IMG/VR virus record: IMGVR_UViG_3300032218_001005
Coordinates: 1 to 24,735 of that record
Length of the DNA: 24,735 nucleotides
Source: a virus
Taxonomy: Duplodnaviria; Caudoviricetes
Direction: 5' to 3' (one strand)
Below are positions 1-6,281 of this stretch, in pieces; within the stretch, counting starts at the first letter, position 1, and every line of letters starts with the position of its first letter. Position numbers and translations under genes: made by a program. The notes below the pieces were generated by a model that saw nothing but the letters and a program-made list of their open reading frames with translations, was not told where the DNA came from and made no database searches.

Positions 1-530
1 GTGGTTATCAGGCACTTTTCAGCGTCCGAACCATCAGGGGCTATGGAATTGGGGTCCCAATAAACTGTAAATGGGTTGTCTACAGGGTCAATGAAGATTT
101 CTTGGTCAAAGCTATCCTCACGCATATATTTGGTGGTAACACGCCAATAACCCCATCCCATGCGGACAGCGTAGTCAAACCCGTTATCGTAAGAATGGTC
201 AGCGTTGGAATTGACCTCAATGTGCCTAACAATGCCTGAAATGACTTGTGCGGTCTTAGCGTCTGCTTGGGTGTTGGTAGCGTGGACTTTGATGCGTGGG
301 CGCTGCTGGCGTTGCTGGTTGGTGACTTGTCTGCAATAGGTATCCAGCTTGTTTATCGTCAAAACAGGGCGGGATTCTAGGTTGCGGGAATTCTGCAGCT
401 CAACAGGCCATTGGTCGCCGTTGACAAACTTCAAGTCCTCTAGCGCCTCTTGGCGGTTGTTGGAGTCTGCATCGTTGCAGAATTTCAAGAAGTCTACTGC
501 CTCTTGGATTATTGGTTCGTAATCGTCCAT
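1..530 (-). CDS. P22-like portal protein, 5' part (runs off the left edge)
   Basis: Not in the ORF track. Manual translation from ATG at 530: MDDYEPIIQEAVDFLKFCNDADSNNRQEALEDLKFVNGDQWPVELQNSRNLESRPVLTINKLDTYCRQVTNQQRQQRPRIKV...AVRMGWGYWRV. The GDQW and RP-LTINKL motifs are typical of P22 gp1-like portals, and the gene directly follows terL. Confidence 0.93.
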   Translation of the reverse strand, partial: MDDYEPIIQEAVDFLKFCNDADSNNRQEALEDLKFVNGDQWPVELQNSRNLESRPVLTINKLDTYCRQVTNQQRQQRPRIKVHATNTQADAKTAQVISGIVRHIEVNSNADHSYDNGFDYAVRMGWGYWRVTTKYMREDSFDQEIFIDPVDNPFTVYWDPNSIAPDGSDAEKCLIT

Positions 531-1808
531 TTAGCCCATCCAACTGTTAGCGCCGCCATACATCGGCATTGGTTTCGGTTTTCTACGCTCTTTGGGTTCA
601 CTTATCATCAAACCGATGTAGCGAAACGCATCTGCGCCATGTGAATACTGGTCGTGCAACGGGTTTCGGCTAAATTGTTTGGTGTCAGGATCAACCTCAT
701 AGCGATAGTGACGCAAGCATTGTAAGCCATCGTAGCAGTTTTCTCTATCAAAATAACACGACCTGAATATTGTCCGCGCCGCGTTAATACTGTCAGCTAC
801 TGGCGTTTTGGGAATTATCCGTGTCTTATACCCTGCCGCCCTGACAATTTCCTCAATCGTGCGCCCAGCTGCAGCCAGCGTCTTGTTCTCCGCATCGTGC
901 GGCAACCACAGAGTATCGTACACATAGCCAAACTTTTGCATTTCAGCTAAATAATGGCTCATCGTCTGCTGGCTATCTTCAATGTACCTAATTAAGCGGG
1001 TTTCCATGCCTATAAACTGTACAAACCAAATAGCGGTGGCATCTGCCCATCCAAGGTCAAATATGGCGTGTACAGGCTTTGTAGCGTCATACGGAACCCG
1101 TGTAATCCTGCCCTCGAGCTCGGCAAACTGGATTTCCTTGGCAAAGATAGCGCCGTCCACTGTTTGCCTGCAAAAACCCTCCCAAACTGTTCTATATGCC
1201 TCGGGGTCACGCGCCTTAAGGCTTTCCATTTCCAATTTCAACGTCTCAGGAAACCAAGGGTTATCTGACCAATTGACCTTTTCAACCACAGCGTTCTTTG
1301 GCTTATGAATTACAAACCGCTGGTAAGTTTCATCTGTTTCCAACTCAGGGTTGAAAGTAACCCATATTTCGCTGTTAGGCTTGCGTATGGTAGGAACCAA
1401 TACATTCCAACTTAGCCTGGTCACCGTTTTAGCTTCTTCCACCCAACAAATATCAACGCCCTCATAAGATTGAACATTGGCAACATTATTTTTAAGGCCA
1501 ACAAAGCTGAATTCACTGCCGTTCTTGCCCCTAATGCTGGCTTGGGTTATCTCGTAAAAGGTTTGTAGGCCAAGGTCAACAATCTGGTCGGACAGCAGTT
1601 TGTGGACAGAATCCCGCATCGAGGTCATATATTCTCGGGCGCACAAGATTCGCAAAGGCTCCTTGGCTGCCTTGATTAACAACGCTCTTGCTACTCCCCA
1701 GCTCTTAGCACCGCCTCGCCCACCATATAAAACGCGGTATCGAGATTTAGGCGGGTCAAATAAACACGCCAGCTTTACAGGAAATTGGGCGTTGCTGACT
1801 TCACTCAC
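531..1808 (-). CDS. terL: Terminase large subunit (PBSX/XtmB-like)
   Basis: Walker A GGRGGAKS, Walker B ICWVEEA, motif VTFNP, RNase H-like nuclease motifs FDLG and HGADAFRY. Likely start is GTG at 1808, overlapping the end of terS (the track starts at 1820). Confidence 0.96.
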   Translation of the reverse strand: MSEVSNAQFPVKLACLFDPPKSRYRVLYGGRGGAKSWGVARALLIKAAKEPLRILCAREYMTSMRDSVHKLLSDQIVDLGLQTFYEITQASIRGKNGSEFSFVGLKNNVANVQSYEGVDICWVEEAKTVTRLSWNVLVPTIRKPNSEIWVTFNPELETDETYQRFVIHKPKNAVVEKVNWSDNPWFPETLKLEMESLKARDPEAYRTVWEGFCRQTVDGAIFAKEIQFAELEGRITRVPYDATKPVHAIFDLGWADATAIWFVQFIGMETRLIRYIEDSQQTMSHYLAEMQKFGYVYDTLWLPHDAENKTLAAAGRTIEEIVRAAGYKTRIIPKTPVADSINAARTIFRSCYFDRENCYDGLQCLRHYRYEVDPDTKQFSRNPLHDQYSHGADAFRYIGLMISEPKERRKPKPMPMYGGANSWMG

Positions 1809-2205
1809 TCGGTTTAACAAATGTCACTTGAATACCCTGCAACAATGGAGCGCCCTCTGCGCCTGTGATTTCCTGCTTTGTGCTTTCACGATACTTCTTC
1901 GGAAACCTAGCAGCCATTGACCGCGACCAGATTGAGGCGTTCAACTTAGCGCTTTCTTTCTCTTCAATCATGTGGGTTTGACCTACTGTCTCCCACCAAT
2001 CAAGCTCTAATTCCTTTGCATATTCCAAGGCGTGCAGAAAATCCTCATGCTTATCTCTCCAATCGAATAAGACCCTAGTGGAAACCCCTAGATTAGCGGC
2101 TATTTGCTCAATTGATTTACCAATGCGGCCAAGCTCTACAACTTGCTCACAGAAAGCAGGGTCGTATTTGGTTGGTCTACCAACTGGGCGCTTTTCTTCG
2201 GTCAT
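1801..2205 (-). CDS. terS: Terminase small subunit
   Basis: N-terminal GRPTKY, an HTH-like segment (SIEQIAANLGVSTRVLFDW) and a C-terminal EITGAEGAPL beta tail; lies directly upstream of terL. Confidence 0.88.
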   Translation of the reverse strand: MTEEKRPVGRPTKYDPAFCEQVVELGRIGKSIEQIAANLGVSTRVLFDWRDKHEDFLHALEYAKELELDWWETVGQTHMIEEKESAKLNASIWSRSMAARFPKKYRESTKQEITGAEGAPLLQGIQVTFVKPSE

Positions 2206-2339
2206 TTCTTTTTCTTTTCAGCTTCACGCTTTTCGCTGTAAGCAATTGCCACGGCCTGCTTAACAGGCTTGCCTGCCTTAATTTCAGTCTTGATGTTTTC
2301 TTTAAACGCTTTGGGGCTGGTCGATTTCTTTAGGGGCAT
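2202..2339 (-). CDS. Small basic protein, 45 aa, with KQAVAIAY motif
   Basis: Below the track cutoff: MPLKKSTSPKAFKENIKTEIKAGKPVKQAVAIAYSEKREAEKKRK. The stop overlaps the terS start (ATGA). Confidence 0.8.
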   Translation of the reverse strand: MPLKKSTSPKAFKENIKTEIKAGKPVKQAVAIAYSEKREAEKKKK

Positions 2340-2469
2340 CTTCTTTCTCCAGTTCAGCTAAAAACCATTGACATTGTTGCAACGCACCATTGATCTGATG
2401 CAACTGTTGTTCCAACTCACGGCCTTTGGCCATCAAGTCTTGTACGCGGGTTTGAATTAACTCTTTCAC
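2302..2469 (-). CDS. Small coiled-coil hypothetical protein, 55 aa
   Basis: GTG start at 2469 overlaps the groES stop (GTGA) with GGAGG upstream; heptad pattern LMAKGRELEQQLHQINGALQQ. Confidence 0.7.
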   Translation of the reverse strand: MKELIQTRVQDLMAKGRELEQQLHQINGALQQCQWFLAELEKEDAPKEIDQPQSV

Positions 2470-2726
2470 ATTTCCTCCACAATAGCACAAATGTCAGCTT
2501 CTTGAATGATTTGGTAGTCCTGCCCATCAATTCTATGGGTCGGCCAAGTCAAATAATCCCCATTGCCATACTTGATAAAGTCCCCTGGCAGCGTATCAGT
2601 CACTTCAGGACCCACCGCAACCACAGTTCCCTCATTGAATGGCTCTTTGTTGTCAATGTAAATGATGTCGCTAATGTGCCGCACTTGGGGCTTAACGACT
2701 ACTCGGTCACGCAGAGGCTTCAGCAT
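2466..2726 (-). CDS. groES: Phage-encoded co-chaperonin GroES (Cpn10)
   Basis: Canonical Cpn10 motifs LKPLRDRVVVK, GTVVAVGP, PGD and IIQEADICAIVE. Confidence 0.92.
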   Translation of the reverse strand: MLKPLRDRVVVKPQVRHISDIIYIDNKEPFNEGTVVAVGPEVTDTLPGDFIKYGNGDYLTWPTHRIDGQDYQIIQEADICAIVEEM

Positions 2727-2910
2727 TGGCTTTCCTCTCGTATTTACGCTTAACTTTTGGCTGTTCTACAGAGATTTCCACAGCTTTTTCGCTGAATTCT
2801 CCACATCCCTCGTTGCGATGCCTGTTCACAAACGCAGGAAAACGCCGACATTGACCCATTTGTTGTAGGTCAAGAAAGTGTCGGCAAGCACTACAATTCT
2901 CATTAACCAT
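2707..2910 (-). CDS. Small four-Cys putative metal-binding protein, 67 aa
   Basis: ATG at 2910 with SD AAGGAG; C-x2-C...CRRFP...CGEF followed by a basic tail. The track's longer N-terminus crosses an intergenic hairpin and is unlikely. Confidence 0.7.
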   Translation of the reverse strand: MVNENCSACRHFLDLQQMGQCRRFPAFVNRHRNEGCGEFSEKAVEISVEQPKVKRKYERKANAEASA

Positions 2911-2971
2911 CAAAACTCCTTTTTTGTTGGCCAGAAGCGCCCTTGGGTCTGTCCCCCTTGGGCGTTTCGCT

Positions 2972-3307
2972 TTACATCGAATCTTGAACGTGGGGTACGC
3001 GCTTGTGGTCGTAGCAGGAAGATTCGCTAGAACCACCTTTCATTTCGCCCAAACGACCATCGTGCATACCCATGTGCTTGGCTTCACGCAAACCGATGCC
3101 GTCCATTTTGCCCATGCCTACACCGCCCTCAATGGGACGCTTACGCTCGCCACTGGTGTCGCTGCTGGTTGCGCCTTTAGGAGGTGTTGCGCCTGTCATT
3201 GACTTAGCGCCGCCGTACTCACGATCCATTTTAGGAACGCTGACTTTCTTTTCGCCAGTCATATCGGAACTGATTGCACTGGGGATTTTCTTAGCTTGAT
3301 AACCCAT
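2972..3307 (-). CDS. Gly/Met/Lys/Ser-rich, probably disordered hypothetical protein; first gene of the presumed late operon
   Basis: 111-aa ORF with SD AAGGA and low-complexity hydrophilic composition. Confidence 0.75.
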   Translation of the reverse strand: MGYQAKKIPSAISSDMTGEKKVSVPKMDREYGGAKSMTGATPPKGATSSDTSGERKRPIEGGVGMGKMDGIGLREAKHMGMHDGRLGEMKGGSSESSCYDHKRVPHVQDSM

Positions 3308-3339
3308 TTTGTTTTCCTTGCAAGGTGAATGGAAGTTCC

Positions 3340-3366
3340 ATTTTATATGAAATTTTGGCTTGTCAA
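3340..3366 (-). promoter_or_regulatory. Candidate late promoter TTGACA-N15-TAAAAT
   Basis: Perfect -35 (3366-3361) and 5/6 -10 (3345-3340) in the only sizeable gap between early-left and packaging genes. The spacer is short (15 bp). Confidence 0.5.
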
Positions 3367-3371
3367 CAACT

Positions 3372-3479
3372 TTATTCGTTTTGCATGATGTATAAAACCC
3401 AAATCAAAATAGCGCCAAACGCAATAACTATAAAACCGCCAAACATCATTAACATAAAAGTTACTAAAACGTCCCACAT
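3372..3479 (-). CDS. 35-aa single-pass membrane peptide
   Basis: Manual translation MWDVLVTFMLMMFGGFIVIAFGAILIWVLYIMQNE; overlaps the end of the upstream gene and fills the operon gap. Confidence 0.6.
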   Translation of the reverse strand: MWDVLVTFMLMMFGGFIVIAFGAILIWVLYIMQNE

Positions 3480-3739
3480 AGTTTTACCCTATATCTGTAC
3501 AAACCATTGTCAATGTACTCACGTTCCACAGTGTGACCACCGAATCTTGGCTTGCGTAAGTGTCTCAATTGAGCGCTTACGCTTGCCTCAGGGTCGCCAG
3601 TTTGTTGAGCAATGTCCTTTAAAGTGCGCCATTTCCCATCAGACATACATTCCCAAACCCTGAGAATCTGCCCAGTTAACCGAGCATCATCACGGGTTCG
3701 GTTGTAATCTGCGCCGTCAAAACGTAGATCAAACTGCAT
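3464..3739 (-). CDS. Winged-helix-like DNA-binding protein
   Basis: WRTLKDIAQQTGDPEASVSAQLRHLRK (HTH) followed by a beta wing (TVEREY...YRYRV). Confidence 0.7.
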   Translation of the reverse strand: MQFDLRFDGADYNRTRDDARLTGQILRVWECMSDGKWRTLKDIAQQTGDPEASVSAQLRHLRKPRFGGHTVEREYIDNGLYRYRVKLCGTF

Positions 3740-3741
3740 GG

Positions 3742-3951
3742 TCAGAATGGCAAATCGTCTTTGGGTTCTAAGTCATAACAATTTGCCCAACCATTCCATC
3801 CACCCTCCATTAAGGGAACAGTGTCTAGCTTAATTTTTAGGCTGTCACCATCTTCAAAAAGGCTACCAATTGTTTGATAACGCTTCTTTTCTTCGCCGTC
3901 TTTGTTTTTGTAAGTGCCTGTAATCACTACGATATTTTTGATTTTTCTCAT
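3742..3951 (-). CDS. Minimal ssDNA-binding-like protein with SSB-type acidic tail
   Basis: Beta-rich 69 aa ending in DDLPF; follows erf and the exonuclease gene. Confidence 0.65.
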   Translation of the reverse strand: MRKIKNIVVITGTYKNKDGEEKKRYQTIGSLFEDGDSLKIKLDTVPLMEGGWNGWANCYDLEPKDDLPF

Positions 3952-3952
3952 T

Positions 3953-4564
3953 TCACGCCTTTAGTTTGTTAAGTTGTTGAATCTTGTCCTCTACATCCAT
4001 CAAAAAGTTAATGACTTCCTTTTCTAGGTGGGCAACATAGATAGGGTCATATTCCACTCGTTTGATGAATAACTGCAGTCCCTCGGCCATGCGTGGGTCA
4101 AAGCTCACAAAATCGCACCAGTGGCGGCCAGTACACGCCATCTGCCATTGCATTTGCGTGTTGTACTTTTCAGGCACTTTTTGGTCTAACAAGGTCTGAA
4201 TATGGGTGGCAGTGTTGGGGCATTTGATCTCGACCAAACCAAATACACCCACCAAGCCATCAGGAGACGCACCAGCGCCCTCAATTGTTGGGTGGACTAC
4301 AAACCCTACCTCTTCCACTAAAACGTCTTTATTCGCCTCGTATGCGGCTCGGGCAAAGGGTTCTTGGTCAGTCCCCCATTGCATTGCAGCATTTGAATAC
4401 GATTCGGCGGGTTTTTGGGTCATGCGCTCACACACCAGCTGAGCAAGGTAGTTTTCCCTGCTGGCGCTGTAGCCTGTCTTGGTCTTGGCGATTATGTCGG
4501 CCACGCGGGAGGCGGTGACCTTACCGCATCTAGCGGCAAACCATTCAGGGCTTTGTTGTTGCAT
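3953..4564 (-). CDS. YqaJ/lambda-exonuclease family recombination nuclease
   Basis: QQSPEWFAARCGKVTAS, AMQWGTDQEP, GASPDG, EIKCP and QMQWQM motifs. Confidence 0.95.
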   Translation of the reverse strand: MQQQSPEWFAARCGKVTASRVADIIAKTKTGYSASRENYLAQLVCERMTQKPAESYSNAAMQWGTDQEPFARAAYEANKDVLVEEVGFVVHPTIEGAGASPDGLVGVFGLVEIKCPNTATHIQTLLDQKVPEKYNTQMQWQMACTGRHWCDFVSFDPRMAEGLQLFIKRVEYDPIYVAHLEKEVINFLMDVEDKIQQLNKLKA

Positions 4565-4766
4565 CTGTAACCTCCAGTTTTTGTCGTAATGGAATGAATA
4601 TGGCCATATCCAGCTGGCTGGATGCTTTGTAAGCCTTAAGTCGCATTTCTTTGGATTTGTCGTACTCTTCAGAATTTTTCTTTACCAATTCAAAGTGTGC
4701 ATCTAGCAATTGATCGATGGCTTGTTTAGCCATTACCAAAGTGTTAAGGGATATTTCGTGCGTCAT
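4545..4766 (-). CDS. Hypothetical helical protein, 73 aa
   Basis: Start coupled to the erf stop (ATGA) with GGAGG upstream. Confidence 0.7.
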   Translation of the reverse strand: MTHEISLNTLVMAKQAIDQLLDAHFELVKKNSEEYDKSKEMRLKAYKASSQLDMAIFIPLRQKLEVTDATTKP

Positions 4767-5347
4767 TTGGCCTCCAATTTGGTTTTTTGAGCGTCTTTAC
4801 GGGCAATTACTTGCTTTTGCCAGGCGGGTTCGCCATTGGCAGATGCGTATGCGGCTTTGTAGGTTTTTTGCAACTCGTCTAACGTGGTGCAGTCGTCCAT
4901 AGCAGCCATCAGGTCGGCAATTTTGTGTTCGTCAACTGTGGACTTAATTTCAGTCTTGCGGCTGGCGCTGTTGCCATCGTCATCTTCAGGCGCAATACCG
5001 CAGGCTGCCATCAGGCTGTAGCGTCTAGCGTAAGTCAAGGCAGAGCCGTAGCCTTGGGGGTCTTGTTTGCTAGCAGGCACTTGCAAAATGCCGCATTCCA
5101 TTACCTCGCCTGATTCGTGGACAAAGACTGTCTCCACCATTACGCCGCTGGCGCCACAGTCATAACAACGTTGAATCAAGCCAATGCCGTTAGCGTTTAA
5201 AGCGTCTACAACCGCCTCAATACAGGCAGCCAAGTCAGCATAGCGGGACTTGAAATGCGGGTTGGTGCTGGACTTTAGGGCTGGTCCAAAAGCCTTTTGT
5301 GCTTTGACAAAGGCGGCGGCAATTTTGGGTCCAATGGGTGTTTCCAT
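4763..5347 (-). CDS. erf: ERF-family ssDNA annealing protein
   Basis: NPHFKSRYADL, HESGE and the ERF signature GSALTYARRYSLMAACGIAPEDDDG. Confidence 0.95.
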   Translation of the reverse strand: METPIGPKIAAAFVKAQKAFGPALKSSTNPHFKSRYADLAACIEAVVDALNANGIGLIQRCYDCGASGVMVETVFVHESGEVMECGILQVPASKQDPQGYGSALTYARRYSLMAACGIAPEDDDGNSASRKTEIKSTVDEHKIADLMAAMDDCTTLDELQKTYKAAYASANGEPAWQKQVIARKDAQKTKLEAK

Positions 5348-5356
5348 GTTGTTTCC

Positions 5357-5602
5357 TTAAATTCTGTGAAGATTCAGTCCATAGGACTTGATTGCGATGG
5401 GGCGGTCTGATTCACCCTCAACCTCTATGACGCATTGCAAAAGGTAGTTGTATTCAGCTTTTGTCAGGTCATAGGTAATTTCTTGGCCATCCAAAGTAAC
5501 CATCAAATCCCAGTCACCAGTGGATTCCCAGTCGTCAGGTTCAATGTATTCATAGGCCACATTAACCTCACCAAAACGGCTTAACCATTCTTGGAACATC
5601 AT
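5357..5602 (-). CDS. Acidic hypothetical protein, 81 aa
   Basis: ATG at 5602 overlaps the stop of the upstream peptide gene (ATGA); Asp/Glu-rich. Confidence 0.7.
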   Translation of the reverse strand: MMFQEWLSRFGEVNVAYEYIEPDDWESTGDWDLMVTLDGQEITYDLTKAEYNYLLQCVIEVEGESDRPIAIKSYGLNLHRI

Positions 5603-5715
5603 GCTCTCCAAACAAAAAGGTCAAGGGCAACCACCACAAGGGCAATGATGGAAACAATCCACAATGCTATTTGTGACCAGTCGGTGGGTTTGGTGTATTT
5701 TTCAATTTCAAACAT
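5599..5715 (-). CDS. 38-aa single-pass membrane peptide
   Basis: Manual translation MFEIEKYTKPTDWSQIALWIVSIIALVVVALDLFVWRA; SD AAAGGA. Confidence 0.75.
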   Translation of the reverse strand: MFEIEKYTKPTDWSQIALWIVSIIALVVVALDLFVWRA

Positions 5716-5730
5716 GATTTTTCCTTTGTA

Positions 5731-5744
5731 GGGGCTTGCGCCCC
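5731..5744 (-). promoter_or_regulatory. GC-rich GNRA-loop hairpin GGGGC-GCAA-GCCCC
   Basis: Perfect 5-bp stem with a GCAA tetraloop on the transcribed strand; intergenic; no U-tract. Confidence 0.6.
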
Positions 5745-5750
5745 GTTAAG

Positions 5751-5951
5751 TTAAACAGAAATTGTTTTGATATATTCGTTGCGTTCATCAGCAGACCAAA
5801 ACCAAATATGTTCGTTGCTGATATAAGTTATGCCAGTAGTTGGCAGTAATTCAATTCCATAACCTTGGCCTTTGTCTAAGCCATATAAATTAGCGCATTC
5901 ACGCAAAGCTATGTTGTAAATTTTTCCGTCTGTATGTTGCATTGTGTTCAT
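5751..5951 (-). CDS. Hypothetical protein, first gene of the early-left operon
   Basis: 66-aa ORF with SD AGGA; more AT-rich than its neighbours. Confidence 0.7.
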   Translation of the reverse strand: MNTMQHTDGKIYNIALRECANLYGLDKGQGYGIELLPTTGITYISNEHIWFWSADERNEYIKTISV

Positions 5952-5998
5952 TTTGTTTTCCTAAAAGACCCTATGCGTTGTGCTGGGGCATGGGATGA

Positions 5999-6027
5999 AT
6001 TATTAACCTAACTTAATTTCATGTCAA
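5999..6027 (-). promoter_or_regulatory. Leftward sigma70 promoter (pL-like) TTGACA-N17-AATAAT
   Basis: Perfect -35 at 6027-6022, 17-bp spacer, 5/6 -10 at 6004-5999. Confidence 0.8.
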
Positions 6028-6091
6028 CAGTTAATTTAGGTTATTTTCTAGGGATTAACCCTAGTGTTGCTTAATTGTTAACTTAGCTTAA
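6003..6091. promoter_or_regulatory. Operator-like TTAA-N6-TTAA sites plus a central 17-bp palindrome
   Basis: TTAACCTAACTTAA (6003-6016), TTAATTTAGGTTAT (6031-6044) and TTAACTTAGCTTAA (6078-6091); the outer two lie within the divergent promoters. CTAGGG-ATTAA-CCCTAG at 6048-6064. Confidence 0.65.
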
Positions 6092-6094
6092 AAT
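6067..6094 (+). promoter_or_regulatory. Rightward promoter (pR-like) TTGCTT-N16-TAAAAT, probably giving a leaderless cro mRNA
   Basis: -10 at 6089-6094 ends 6 nt before the ATG at 6101; no SD. Confidence 0.65.
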
Positions 6095-6100
6095 TAAGCT

Positions 6101-6259
6101 ATGACAAAAACAGATTTGATCCGACTCGCAGGCTCACAGCGTGAGCTAGCCAAGATACTAAGCGTTTCTTTTCCTGCGGTTTGCCAATGGAAAGAAAAAA
6201 TTCCCGAGCTGCGTTTGCGCCAGCTTAAAGACTTGAAACCTGAGTGGTTTACAACCTAA
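6101..6259 (+). CDS. cro: Cro-like HTH repressor, 52 aa
   Basis: Absent from the track. Manual translation MTKTDLIRLAGSQRELAKILSVSFPAVCQWKEKIPELRLRQLKDLKPEWFTT has the P22 Cro/YdaS-type pattern GSQ-ELA--L-VS--AV-QW...IP--R; first rightward gene. Confidence 0.9.
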   Translation: MTKTDLIRLAGSQRELAKILSVSFPAVCQWKEKIPELRLRQLKDLKPEWFTT

Positions 6260-6275
6260 CCAAATCATGTATACT
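6248..6275 (+). promoter_or_regulatory. Promoter TTTACA-N16-TATACT at the 3' end of cro
   Basis: 5/6 match at both hexamers; the predicted start (~6281-6282) coincides with the first base of the first hairpin. Confidence 0.6.
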
Positions 6276-6281
6276 TCAACC

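Noticed and set aside
1420-1480. TerL residues NVQSYEG and EEAKTV, differing from the KS-EG and EEAQ pattern I recall for this family
   Set aside because: The Walker B acidic residues are intact. Natural variation cannot be told from sequencing error without an alignment or reads, so there is no basis for a pseudogene call.
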